Numbered from the stretch's first letter, positions 1 to 8,821 are shown. The stretch is DNA of 20,564 nucleotides from Atribacterota bacterium (GCA_038203565.1 JBBRDV010000021.1:1-20564), one strand, 5' to 3'. The notes: generated by a model not told the origin, from the letters alone. Program-made: numbers and translations.

Positions 1-93
1 TTTTTTTTATTACATCTGGGGTTCATTCTTTTCAATATAAAATAAAATTTTTTTTTTCCAACCCCGGACCCCCTGTAGAGGAGAATAAAGGGA

Positions 94-711
94 ATGATGG
101 TGATAGTAGATTACGGGATGGGAAATTTAAAAAGTGTGCAAAATGCCTTTGCTAAAGTCGGATATAAAACGGTAATAACTGATGACCTAAATCTGATTAA
201 GAAAGCTGATGCTATAGTTCTTCCCGGAGTAGGAGCTTTTAGGGATGCTATTAAATTCTTAAAAGACAAAAAAATAGATAAGGAATTAATTGATGCCATA
301 AAGGCAGGAAAACCCTTCCTGGGTATCTGTTTGGGGATGCAGCTATTGTTTACTTTTAGTGAAGAAGGCGGGCTTTTTGACGGGTTGAATATTATACCGG
401 GTAGAGTTAAAAGACTTCCCCCTTTGTTGAAATGCCCTCATTTGGGGTGGAATAAAATAAAATTTACTCATAATTCTAATAACAATATGAATCCTATCTT
501 CCAAGATATTTCGGATGAATCTTATTTTTATTTTGTTCATTCTTATTATTGTGAAGCGGATAATCTGCAGGTGATATATTCTACAACTGATTATGGCTTG
601 TTCTTCCCCTCTTCCATTTGGAGAGACAATTTATACGGAGTCCAATTTCATCCCGAAAAGAGCAGTAGACAAGGCTTAAAAATATTAAAGAATTTTGGAG
701 AGTTAAGTTAA
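94..711 (+). CDS. hisH: Imidazole glycerol phosphate synthase, glutamine amidotransferase subunit
   Basis: N-terminal IVDYGMGNLKSV, LPGVGAF, nucleophile motif GICLGMQ, YFVHSY and catalytic QFHPEKS; directly upstream of hisA/hisF. The start could be ATG 97. Confidence 0.97.
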   Translation: MMVIVDYGMGNLKSVQNAFAKVGYKTVITDDLNLIKKADAIVLPGVGAFRDAIKFLKDKKIDKELIDAIKAGKPFLGICLGMQLLFTFSEEGGLFDGLNIIPGRVKRLPPLLKCPHLGWNKIKFTHNSNNNMNPIFQDISDESYFYFVHSYYCEADNLQVIYSTTDYGLFFPSSIWRDNLYGVQFHPEKSSRQGLKILKNFGELS

Positions 712-1461
712 ATGTTAATTATTCCAGCTATAGATATTAAAGAAGGTAAATGTGTTCGTCTTAGAGAAGGCCAATTTTCTGATGCGGAGATATTTTCTGA
801 TGACCCAATAAAGGTAGCAGTAAAGTGGGCCGATAAAGGGGCGGAAATGCTTCATATAGTAGATTTAGATGGTGCCCGTTATGGTAAATTAACCAATATT
901 TCTTTGGTGGAGCAGATTATTAAGAAAATTGGTATTCCGGTTCAGGTTGGAGGAGGGATTAGGAGCTATCAAAAAGTAAAAAACTTGATAAACCTTGGGG
1001 CAAGCCGAGTAATTTTAGGTACAATTCTTTGGAAGGATAAGACCTTAGCCAAGAAATTATTTGAGGATTTTTCAGAAAAGATAATAGCGGGTATTGATGC
1101 TCGAGAGGGATATGTAGCTATAGAGGGATGGCAGAATGTTCTTTCTATTGATGTCCTGGATTTTGCAGGAGAGATGGAGAGATTAGGTGCCAGGCGAATA
1201 ATTTATACTGACATTAAGAGAGATGGGACTCTTAAAGGACCTAATATAACGAATATAGAAAAGATGGTAAAAAATGTGAATATTCCACTTATTTGCTCTG
1301 GAGGAATCGCTTCCTTAGATGATATTAAAAAATTAAAGAGATTTGAAACTAAGGGATTAGAAGGAGTTATTTTAGGTAAGGCTTTGTATAAAGGAACTAT
1401 TTTATTAGAAGAGGTACTTAAAATAGCCCAAAGTAAAATAAACGATAAGAAAGGAAGTTAA
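712..1461 (+). CDS. hisA: ProFAR isomerase (phosphoribosylformimino-5-aminoimidazole carboxamide ribotide isomerase)
   Basis: IIPAIDIKEGKCVRL, HIVDLDGA, QVGGGIR, YTDIKRDGTLKGPN, SGGI; abuts the hisH stop codon. Confidence 0.97.
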   Translation: MLIIPAIDIKEGKCVRLREGQFSDAEIFSDDPIKVAVKWADKGAEMLHIVDLDGARYGKLTNISLVEQIIKKIGIPVQVGGGIRSYQKVKNLINLGASRVILGTILWKDKTLAKKLFEDFSEKIIAGIDAREGYVAIEGWQNVLSIDVLDFAGEMERLGARRIIYTDIKRDGTLKGPNITNIEKMVKNVNIPLICSGGIASLDDIKKLKRFETKGLEGVILGKALYKGTILLEEVLKIAQSKINDKKGS

Positions 1462-2253
1462 ATGCTTACTAAAAGAATTATACCTTGCCTGGATATAAAG
1501 GAAGGTCGAGTGGTAAAGGGAATTAAGTTCATTAATTTAGTAGATGCGGGGGATCCAATTAAATTGGCTTCATTTTATGAGAAAGAAGAGGCAGATGAAC
1601 TGGTTTTTTTGGACATTACCGCTTCCTGGGAAAAGAGAAATATTATAATTGAATTAGTAGAAAAGACAGCGGAAAAAGTTTTTATCCCCTTTACCGTAGG
1701 GGGAGGGATTAGGAACTTGGAAGATATATATCATTTATTAAGAGCAGGAGCAGATAAAGTATCCATTAATACGGCGGCTGTTTTAAACCCCTTCCTAATT
1801 CAGGAGGTTTCTTTAAAATTTGGCAGTTCTACTATTGTAGTGGCTATTGATGCCGTGAAGATAGATTCTGATTGGGAAGTTGTGATTAATGGAGGAAGAA
1901 CCAGGACCGGTTTAAGGATATTAGATTGGGCTAAAAAGGTGGAAAGGTTAGGAGCAGGAGAGATACTGCTTACCAGTATGGATAAAGATGGGACCAAAGA
2001 GGGTTATGATATAAAATTAACCAAAATAGTTTCAGAAAATGTTAATATCCCCGTTATTGCTTCTGGTGGTGCAGGGAAACCAGAACATTTATATAAAGTA
2101 TTAGTTGAGGGGAAGGCGGATGCCGCTTTAGCTGCTTCCATATTTCATAAAAAAGAATATTCTATACCAAGAGTTAAAGAGTTTTTAGGAAAAAGGGGAG
2201 TAGAAATAAGACTGGCGAAGGAGAAAGTAAAAAGTGAGAAAAATAATAAATAA
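1462..2253 (+). CDS. hisF: Imidazole glycerol phosphate synthase, cyclase subunit
   Basis: [62 protein letters not shown]. Confidence 0.98.
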   Translation: MLTKRIIPCLDIKEGRVVKGIKFINLVDAGDPIKLASFYEKEEADELVFLDITASWEKRNIIIELVEKTAEKVFIPFTVGGGIRNLEDIYHLLRAGADKVSINTAAVLNPFLIQEVSLKFGSSTIVVAIDAVKIDSDWEVVINGGRTRTGLRILDWAKKVERLGAGEILLTSMDKDGTKEGYDIKLTKIVSENVNIPVIASGGAGKPEHLYKVLVEGKADAALAASIFHKKEYSIPRVKEFLGKRGVEIRLAKEKVKSEKNNK

Positions 2254-2968
2254 AAGTGAAATTTTAAGTCAAATAAAATTTAATAATAAAGAAGGGTTAA
2301 TCCCGGTAATTATTCAGGACGAGAAGACCAATCAGGTTCTGATGTTGGCTTATATGAATAGGGAATCTTTGGAAAAGACTTTAGAAGAAGGGAGAACCTG
2401 TTTTTACAGCAGAAGTAGAAGAGAATTATGGTTTAAAGGGAGTACTTCCGGAAATACTCAGTTGGTAAAAAAAATTATTTTGGATTGTGATAATGATACC
2501 TTGTTAGTTTTGGTAGAGCAGAAAGGAGTTGCCTGTCATACCGGAAACTATTCCTGCTTTTTTAAAGAGATTAAAGGTGATACAATAGAAGAAATTAAAC
2601 ATGGATCTCCTATATATTTACAAAAAGAACAGGCAGAGAAGATGAAATCTTCTCAAGGGGAGAGTAGAGGTGGGCAATTGGAAATAGATAGTGAAATTAT
2701 TGATGAGATATATAAAGTAATTAAAGATAGAAAATCAAATTATAAAAATGATTCTTATGTTTGTAAATTGCTGGCTAATTCTGAGGATATGTTGCCTAAA
2801 AAGATAGGAGAAGAGGCAGCAGAAGTTATTATTGCCCTTAAAGATAAAGATAAGAATGCAATAATACATGAAGTGGCTGATTTATGGTTTCATACTTTAG
2901 TGGCTTTAGGTAGTTGCAATATTTCCCCTCAGGATGTATTTAAAGAATTAAAAAAAAGAAGAAAATGA
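2234..2968 (+). CDS. hisIE: Bifunctional phosphoribosyl-AMP cyclohydrolase / phosphoribosyl-ATP pyrophosphatase
   Basis: HisI motifs [29 protein letters not shown] and [10 protein letters not shown]; HisE motifs KKIGEEAAE and [11 protein letters not shown] start overlaps the hisF end. Confidence 0.95.
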   Translation: MRKIINKSEILSQIKFNNKEGLIPVIIQDEKTNQVLMLAYMNRESLEKTLEEGRTCFYSRSRRELWFKGSTSGNTQLVKKIILDCDNDTLLVLVEQKGVACHTGNYSCFFKEIKGDTIEEIKHGSPIYLQKEQAEKMKSSQGESRGGQLEIDSEIIDEIYKVIKDRKSNYKNDSYVCKLLANSEDMLPKKIGEEAAEVIIALKDKDKNAIIHEVADLWFHTLVALGSCNISPQDVFKELKKRRK

Positions 2969-2978
2969 GGTGGTAAAA

Positions 2979-3281
2979 ATGGAAGATTATCCTCGTTGGA
3001 GAGACGGATTAACCGACCAATTATTTAAGGCAATATTACTCTTAAAAAACGGAAAAGAATGTTACAGTTTTTTTGAGGACTTAGCTACCATCAATGAAAT
3101 TAAGGAATTTAGCCAAAGGCTGGAAGTGGCTCGAATATTAAGTGAGGGCTCTACCTATGAAGAGATTGCTAATAAAACAGGAGCAAGTTCCGCTACTATT
3201 AGCCGGGTAAAAAGGTGTTTAAACTATGGAGCTGATGGTTATAAATTAATTCTGGGAAGATTATTAGGGAAAAAGAAATAA
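2979..3281 (+). CDS. yerC: YerC/YecD family TrpR-related HTH protein (candidate histidine regulator)
   Basis: LFKAILLL..ECYSFFEDLATINEI..SQRLEVA..TYEEIANKTGASSATISRVKRCLNYGADGY is the YerC/YecD signature; RBS GAGGTG before ATG 2979. Confidence 0.88.
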   Translation: MEDYPRWRDGLTDQLFKAILLLKNGKECYSFFEDLATINEIKEFSQRLEVARILSEGSTYEEIANKTGASSATISRVKRCLNYGADGYKLILGRLLGKKK

Positions 3282-3340
3282 GATGATGACCCAAAATAAA
3301 TAAAAAGGATTTTAAAAATATACTTTGTGCAAACAATCAC

Positions 3341-3369
3341 TTGACGGGATAGTTATTATTTGTTAAATT
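3341..3369 (+). promoter_or_regulatory. Sigma70/SigA-type promoter for the aminotransferase-serA-DUF1015 operon
   Basis: TTGACG (3341-3346), 17 bp spacer, TG-n-TAAATT extended -10 (3361-3369); RBS AGGAG before ATG 3401. Confidence 0.6.
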
Positions 3370-3400
3370 AAGTAAGTTATTAAAATAAGGAGAAGAAATA

Positions 3401-4471
3401 ATGTACAAAAAACTTTTTATTCCCGGACCAGTTAATGTAACCGAAGATACTTTACAAAAGATGGCTACTCCCATGATTAGTCATCGAGGCAAAGAGGCTT
3501 CAATTCTGCAGAGAGGTATTAGCGATAAACTAAAAAAGCTGATGTATACCCAAAATGAGATTTTATTATCTACCTCTTCAGGCAGCGGCCTGATGGAGGG
3601 AGCTGTTCGTTCATGTACTCAAAAAAGGGCAGCAGTATTTTCCTGTGGTAACTTTGGCAACCGCTGGTTTGCCATGGCAGAAGACAATAATGTACCAGCT
3701 GATAAATTTGAAGTTGAATGGGGATTACCTAATACTGCGGAATCAGTAGGTCAAGCCTTAGCCACCGGTAAATATGACCTGATTACTATAACCCACAATG
3801 AGACTTCCAGCGGAATAATGAATCCGGTTGAAGAGATTGCTGAGGTGATGAAAAAATATCCCAAAGTAATATTCTGCGTAGATGCGGTTAGTTCTTTAGG
3901 TGGAACTAAGATAGAAGTGGATAAGTTAGGCATCGATATTTGTATAACTTCCAGTCAAAAATGTTTAGGTCTACCTCCCGGTCTTTCTCTATGCTCAATC
4001 TCAGAAAAAGCCTTGGAGGCAGCCAGGAAAGTTAAATTTAGAGGAACTTACCTTGATCTCTTACAAATCTATGAGTATATTAAAAAGAAAGATTATCAAT
4101 ACCCCTCTACTCCTTCTCTGTCTCATATGTTTGCTCTTGATTATCAATTAGATAAGATACTCGAAGAAGGTTTAGAAAGCCGATTTGCCCGCCATACAAA
4201 AATGGCTAATTATGTAAGAGCGTGGGCCAAAGAAAAATTTGCTCTCCTGGCCCAGGAAGAATTTGCCTCTAACACAGTGACCTGTGTAAAAAATACCCGA
4301 GAGATTAGCGTAGGCGATTTAAACAAGGCTTTAGGAGAAAGAGGATATATGATTTCTAACGGGTATGGGAAATTAAAAGATAAAACCTTTAGAATAGCTC
4401 ACATGGCAGAAGCGACTTTTGATGAGATTAGAGAGATCCTTTCTCTAATTAATGAGATTTTAGGATTATAG
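3401..4471 (+). CDS. Class V PLP-dependent aminotransferase (serine-pyruvate/alanine-glyoxylate family; by context a phosphoserine aminotransferase)
   Basis: FIPGP, MISHRG, THNETSSG, VDAVSS, PLP-lysine motif TSSQKCLGLPPG, PSTP and FRIAHM; upstream of serA. Confidence 0.88.
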   Translation: MYKKLFIPGPVNVTEDTLQKMATPMISHRGKEASILQRGISDKLKKLMYTQNEILLSTSSGSGLMEGAVRSCTQKRAAVFSCGNFGNRWFAMAEDNNVPADKFEVEWGLPNTAESVGQALATGKYDLITITHNETSSGIMNPVEEIAEVMKKYPKVIFCVDAVSSLGGTKIEVDKLGIDICITSSQKCLGLPPGLSLCSISEKALEAARKVKFRGTYLDLLQIYEYIKKKDYQYPSTPSLSHMFALDYQLDKILEEGLESRFARHTKMANYVRAWAKEKFALLAQEEFASNTVTCVKNTREISVGDLNKALGERGYMISNGYGKLKDKTFRIAHMAEATFDEIREILSLINEILGL

Positions 4472-4483
4472 GCGGTGATAAAG

Positions 4484-5392
4484 ATGTTAAGAATATTAGT
4501 AACTGATGGAATGGATAAAGGATCTGTTCAGACTTTAAAAGATATGGGGCATGAAGTAGTAGAGCAATTCTTTGAACCCGAAGAATTAAAAGAGCAAGTG
4601 AAAAATTTTAATGTAATAATAGTACGTTCTGCTACAAAAATCAGAAAAGATATCATAGATTCTGCCCTTGAGACCGGAAATTTAAAGCTGATTATTCGGG
4701 GTGGGGTAGGCGTGGATAATATAGATGTAACTTACGCTGAATCGAAAGGGATAAAGGTTAGAAATACTCCCAAATCGAGCAGTTTGGCGGTGGCAGAATT
4801 GGCTTTGGGACATATGTTTTGCCTGGCTCGATTTATTGGAATTGCCAATGTTACCATGAGAGAAGGTAAATGGAACAAAAATAAATATACCGGGATAGAG
4901 CTTTCCGGTAAAACTTTAGGACTTATAGGATTGGGAAGAATCGGAAGAGAATTAGCTAAAAAAGCTAAAGCATTGGGGATGAAGATTATCTATCATGATA
5001 TCTTGGGACCTGCCAAAGATTGTTCCGGATATTCATGTGTTTCTCTGGATGACCTTTTGGCTGATTCTGATTTTATCTCTTTACATCTGCCGGGGAATGA
5101 AGATGAGTCTCCGGTGATCGGTAAACTAGAATTTACTAAAATGAAAGATGGAGCATACCTTATCAATTGTGCCCGGGGTAGTGTGGTAGATGAAGCAGCT
5201 TTACTGGAGGCCTTAAATTCCGGTAAACTTTCTGGAGCAGGGATAGATGTCTTTTTTGAAGAGCCTTCTCAGAATTTGGAGCTGATAAGCCATGAGAGAG
5301 TTTCGATAACTCCTCATATTGGTGCATCTTCCAAAGAAGCCCAAAAGAGAATTGGAGCTGAAATTGTTTCTATTATTAAAGAAAATTTTTAG
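4484..5392 (+). CDS. serA: D-3-phosphoglycerate dehydrogenase-like D-2-hydroxyacid dehydrogenase (short form, no ACT domain)
   Basis: IVRSATK, RGGVGVDNID, GLIGLGRIG Rossmann motif, INCARG, DVFFEEP and TPHIGASSKEAQ; ends at about 302 aa. Alternative GTG start at 4475. Confidence 0.82.
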   Translation: MLRILVTDGMDKGSVQTLKDMGHEVVEQFFEPEELKEQVKNFNVIIVRSATKIRKDIIDSALETGNLKLIIRGGVGVDNIDVTYAESKGIKVRNTPKSSSLAVAELALGHMFCLARFIGIANVTMREGKWNKNKYTGIELSGKTLGLIGLGRIGRELAKKAKALGMKIIYHDILGPAKDCSGYSCVSLDDLLADSDFISLHLPGNEDESPVIGKLEFTKMKDGAYLINCARGSVVDEAALLEALNSGKLSGAGIDVFFEEPSQNLELISHERVSITPHIGASSKEAQKRIGAEIVSIIKENF

Positions 5393-5413
5393 ATTAAAAA
5401 GGGAAATTCAGAA

Positions 5414-6658
5414 ATGCCAGTAATCAAACCATTCAAAGCTTTTAGGCCCCAACCGGAGTTGGTGATCAAAGTAGCATCACCACCTTATGATGTTCTAAAT
5501 GCCGAGGAAGCCCGTCAATTGGCGAAAGATAATCCTTATTCCTTTCTTCACGTTAATAAAGCAGAGATAGATTTAGACCCTTCCGTAGACCATTATAACC
5601 AAAAGGTGTACGAAAAAGCCAGGGAAAATCTCGATAGGTTGATTGAGAAAAAAGTGTATTTACAGGACAAACAGGAAAAGATTTATATCTATAGACAGAT
5701 AATGAAAGGAAGGGCTCAAATCGGATTGGTGGTCTGTGTTTCTGTAGATGATTATCTTCAAGAAAAGATTAAGAAACATGAAAATACTCGAGAAGACAAA
5801 GAAAGAGACCGCATAAATCATATTGATTTTACTGATGCCAATACCGGTCCGGTTTTTCTTACTTACAAAGCAAAAGATGAGATCAAACAAATTGTAAATA
5901 GATGGACTAAAGAGGAAAATCCCATATATGATTTTACCTCAGAGGATGGAATTACTCACACCTGCTGGGTCATTGATGATGAATTAACCATTCAGCAGTT
6001 AATAGAATTCTTTGCCGGGATTGATTATTTTTATATTGCCGATGGTCATCATCGGGCAGCAGCCGCGACTAAAGTAGGGCTTAAGAGAAGAGAACAGCTT
6101 AAAAATTATACCGGGAAGGAAGAGTTTAATTACTTTCTGTCTGTTCTTTTCCCTCATGATGAACTATATATTATGAGCTATAATCGGGTAGTAGCTGATT
6201 TGACAGGAAATTCTGAAGAAGAATTTATCCGGAAAATATCTGAAAAATTTAGCATAGAAGAATATAGCAAAGAAGGTCTCTACCAACCGGAAGCAAGGCA
6301 TACCTTTGGTATGTATTTAGGTGACTGTTGGTATAAACTAACTGCTAATCCGGGGACTTTTGGTGAAGATGATGTAGTAAATAGTCTTGACGTCTCGATA
6401 CTGCAAAATAATCTGCTCACCCCTATTTTAGGGATAGAAGACCCCCGAACAGACCAGAGAATAGAATTTGTAGGAGGAATCAGAGGCTTAGAGGAGTTAG
6501 AGAAAAGAGTAAAGGAGGGGATGAAAGTTGCCTTTTCCTTGCATCCTACTTCTATAGAAGAATTGATGAAGGTAGCCGATGCAGGAAGATTAATGCCTCC
6601 CAAATCGACCTGGTTTGAGCCTAAACTGCGAAGCGGTATCTTTATCCATAAACTATAA
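5414..6658 (+). CDS. DUF1015 family protein
   Basis: PFKAFRP, SPPYDV, NPYSFLH, IKKHENT, YIADGHHR and MPPKSTWFEPKLRSG are DUF1015 hallmarks; usual position after serC-serA. Confidence 0.92.
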   Translation: MPVIKPFKAFRPQPELVIKVASPPYDVLNAEEARQLAKDNPYSFLHVNKAEIDLDPSVDHYNQKVYEKARENLDRLIEKKVYLQDKQEKIYIYRQIMKGRAQIGLVVCVSVDDYLQEKIKKHENTREDKERDRINHIDFTDANTGPVFLTYKAKDEIKQIVNRWTKEENPIYDFTSEDGITHTCWVIDDELTIQQLIEFFAGIDYFYIADGHHRAAAATKVGLKRREQLKNYTGKEEFNYFLSVLFPHDELYIMSYNRVVADLTGNSEEEFIRKISEKFSIEEYSKEGLYQPEARHTFGMYLGDCWYKLTANPGTFGEDDVVNSLDVSILQNNLLTPILGIEDPRTDQRIEFVGGIRGLEELEKRVKEGMKVAFSLHPTSIEELMKVADAGRLMPPKSTWFEPKLRSGIFIHKL

Positions 6659-6660
6659 AC

Positions 6661-6706
6661 AGTATATAGTATGTAGTATGTAGTATATAGTATAGAGTAT
6701 ATAGTA
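6661..6706. repeat. Heptanucleotide tandem repeat (AGTATRT-like) x ~6.5
   Basis: AGTATAT AGTATGT AGTATGT AGTATAT AGTATAG AGTATAT AGTA, starting 3 nt after the DUF1015 stop. Confidence 0.9.
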
Positions 6707-6732
6707 AAAAAAATAAAAGAAAGAAAAATGTT

Positions 6733-6757
6733 GGAGACGGATGAATTCGTCCCCTAC
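6733..6757 (-). repeat. GTAG-type REP-like palindrome
   Basis: Minus strand reads GTAGGGGACGAATTCATCCGTCTCC: a GTAG tetranucleotide followed by an imperfect GC-rich palindrome in an AT-rich intergenic region. Confidence 0.55.
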
Positions 6758-6816
6758 CTGTGAGCCTGGCAAGAATGATAATTTGTCAGTAATAAATATT
6801 TCATTTGAAAGCAGAT

Positions 6817-7710
6817 ATGAATACGAAAGAAGAAATAAAAGAACAATTAAGTAAAAGAACTCTATTGCTCGATGGAGCAATGGGCACCATGCTCCAACTA
6901 TATGGCCTTAAGTCGGGAGAGTGCCCTGAAGAATGGAATATATCTCATCCTCAAGTAGTGCAAAAAATTCATCAAGAATATATAGAGGCTGGAGCGGATA
7001 TAATACTGACCAATACTTTTGGCGCTAATAGAATTAAATTAAGAGGTTTTGGTAGAGAAACCAATATTCTACAAATAAATGAAATGGCAGTCAATATTGC
7101 TAAAGAGGCAGTAGACAAAGAAAGAAATTTAGAAAAAAGGATATTTATCGCCGGTTCTCTAGGACCTACGGGGAAGATCTTAGAACCATATGGAGATTTA
7201 AAAGTAAGTGAGGTTTATAAAAACTATAAAGAACAGACAGTTATTTTGGAGAAAGCAGGTGTAGATTTAATAATTTTAGAAACTTTTTATGATCTTGAAG
7301 AGATAAAAATTGCACTAAAGGCAGTGAAGGAAAATACTAATTTAATGGTGATTGCTTCGATGACTTTTGATAAAAATTTAAAGACTATATATGGAGTTGA
7401 CCCGGAAAGAGCAGTAATAGTTCTTGAAAATGAAGGAGCAGATGGGGTAGGAGCTAATTGCGGAACCGGTCCGGAAGTTCTATATAAAGTCTTGAAAATA
7501 ATGAAGAAGGTAAGCAAGATTTATTTAATGGCTGAGCCTAATGCGGGGATGCCTGAATTGATTAAAGGTAAAGTAGTATATCCTGCATCTCCCAAAATAA
7601 TGGCTGATTATACTGAAAAATTTGTTAAATTAGGGTTAAATTTAATTGGTGGTTGTTGTGGTACCACACCCTTACATATTAAAGCAATGTCGGATAAAAT
7701 TATTAGCTAA
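6817..7710 (+). CDS. Homocysteine S-methyltransferase family protein (stand-alone MetH Hcy-binding domain)
   Basis: LLDGAMGTMLQ, AGADIILTNTFGAN, AGSLGPTG, LETF, Zn ligands GANC and GGCCGTTP, PNAGMP. Alternative TTG start at 6805. Confidence 0.92.
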   Translation: MNTKEEIKEQLSKRTLLLDGAMGTMLQLYGLKSGECPEEWNISHPQVVQKIHQEYIEAGADIILTNTFGANRIKLRGFGRETNILQINEMAVNIAKEAVDKERNLEKRIFIAGSLGPTGKILEPYGDLKVSEVYKNYKEQTVILEKAGVDLIILETFYDLEEIKIALKAVKENTNLMVIASMTFDKNLKTIYGVDPERAVIVLENEGADGVGANCGTGPEVLYKVLKIMKKVSKIYLMAEPNAGMPELIKGKVVYPASPKIMADYTEKFVKLGLNLIGGCCGTTPLHIKAMSDKIIS

Positions 7711-7713
7711 AAT

Positions 7714-7742
7714 TTGACAAAGTTTATAAATGATGATAAAAT
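7714..7742 (+). promoter_or_regulatory. Strong sigma70/SigA-type promoter driving the riboswitch/ANTAR transcript
   Basis: TTGACA (7714-7719), 17 bp spacer, TG-A-TAAAAT extended -10 (7734-7742). Confidence 0.75.
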
Positions 7743-7763
7743 TTCGGAAAATTGAATATGTTT

Positions 7764-7878
7764 ACAGAAGTGTGTCTAGGGTTCCGTCTAATTAATTATT
7801 AGAGTCTGGACCAAGCGGTACAAGGTATCTAATCTGATACTACACTTTTAGGATAAAAGCCTGAGAGATAGGTTCTGT
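7764..7878 (+). ncRNA. ykkC-yxkD family riboswitch, subtype 2 architecture (probably ppGpp-sensing)
   Basis: Core CTAGGGTTCCG...CTGGACCAAGCGGTACA...ACAC...AGG-ATAAAAG-CCT...ATAGG. The extra P0 helix ACAGAA (7764-7769)/TTCTGT (7873-7878) and the 5' AAGTGT are typical of ppGpp/PRPP subtypes rather than guanidine-I. Confidence 0.9.
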
Positions 7879-7912
7879 CAATAACATCATTACCTATTTT
7901 TCAGGCTTTTTT
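7855..7912 (+). terminator. Intrinsic terminator (expression platform of riboswitch 1)
   Basis: AAAAGCCTGAGAGATAGGT (7855-7873) pairs with ACCTATTTTTCAGGCTTTT (7892-7910; 2 G-U pairs), and the T-run extends to 7912. The 5' arm is the aptamer 3' end, so the two structures are mutually exclusive. Confidence 0.85.
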
Positions 7913-7990
7913 ATAAATAAAAATGTTTAATACTTTAATTAAATAAAAAATTAAGAAAAATATTTATCTTAATGGATAGCATGGAGAATT

Positions 7991-8695
7991 ATGAATAATT
8001 TAGATTATGAAGATTATTTAAAAACATTAAATAAAATAAGTAGAGCTATAACTTCTGATCTTTATTTTGAGGATATATTAAAACTTATTGTAACTTTAAC
8101 TGCCAATGTAATGAAGGCAAAAGTTTGTAATGTGTGGTTATTAGACGAAAAAAAACAAGAATTTAATATTAAAGCTACTCAATCAATGCACCAGGAATAT
8201 CTAAAAAAAAGAACTATGAAATTAAATGAAGGTATAGTGGGATTAGTAGCTAGAGAGAAAAAACCAAAAATAATTTTTGATGTATTAAAAGAGGAACAAT
8301 ACAAAGAAAATAATCTTGCTATAAAAGAAGGCTTGGTTTCTATGGCAAGCATCCCTATGATGGTAAAAGATAAAGTTATTGGCGTACTTAATGTTTATAC
8401 AAATAAGCCTTATGAATTTACCAAAGCCGATATTTCTCTTTTAAGCACCATTGCCAATCAGGCAGCAGTAGCTATTGAAAAAACTGAATTAATAGTTAAG
8501 ACTAAAATAATTCAAGAAGAATTAGATACCAGAAAAAAAACAGAGAGAGCAAAAGGAATATTAATGGAAGAAAAGAACATAAATGAAAGTGAAGCTTTTT
8601 CTTTAATTAGAAAATCTAGTATGGATAAGCGAATCTCTATGAAGGAGATTGCTGAAGCCATAATACTTTCTTATGAAATTCGGCAAATAAAATGA
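7991..8695 (+). CDS. GAF-ANTAR domain RNA-binding antiterminator
   Basis: N-terminal GAF domain (EGIVGLVA, SMASIPMMVKDKVIGVLNVYT, FTKADISLLSTIANQAAVAIE), a coiled coil, then a C-terminal ANTAR domain (RKKTERAKGILM...ESEAFSLIRKSSMDKRISMKEIAEAII). Confidence 0.93.
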   Translation: MNNLDYEDYLKTLNKISRAITSDLYFEDILKLIVTLTANVMKAKVCNVWLLDEKKQEFNIKATQSMHQEYLKKRTMKLNEGIVGLVAREKKPKIIFDVLKEEQYKENNLAIKEGLVSMASIPMMVKDKVIGVLNVYTNKPYEFTKADISLLSTIANQAAVAIEKTELIVKTKIIQEELDTRKKTERAKGILMEEKNINESEAFSLIRKSSMDKRISMKEIAEAIILSYEIRQIK

Positions 8696-8821
8696 ATTAA
8701 CATATCCCAAACATAATATAAATTAAACTATTATAAATTATTGAATATTGGGGAAGTATGGCTCTTAATTGTTATTTTATTAATATAATAGGAAGATAAA
8801 AGATAATTAAATATTTTAAGT

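Noticed and set aside
16..69. Inverted repeat TCTGGGGTT...AACCCCGGA upstream of hisH
   Set aside because: Only a 9-bp stem around a long AT-rich loop, and the upstream context is cut off, so no function can be assigned.
6661..6706. Possible CRISPR array
   Set aside because: Contiguous 7-nt units with no spacers and no cas genes nearby.
6653..6880. 75-aa minus-strand hydrophobic ORF ending YYILYTIYYILHTIYCL
   Set aside because: The tail is just the translated heptamer repeat, and the ORF overlaps the methyltransferase start.
7764..7878. Guanidine-I riboswitch assignment for the ykkC motifs
   Set aside because: Both aptamers have the P0 helix and the ACAC/ATAGG elements of subtype 2, and no guanidine exporter or carboxylase genes follow.
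8696..8820. Separate promoter for the gdh leader (TATAAT at 8784-8789)
   Set aside because: No matching -35 element at 16-18 bp in very AT-rich DNA; cannot distinguish it from readthrough out of the ANTAR gene.
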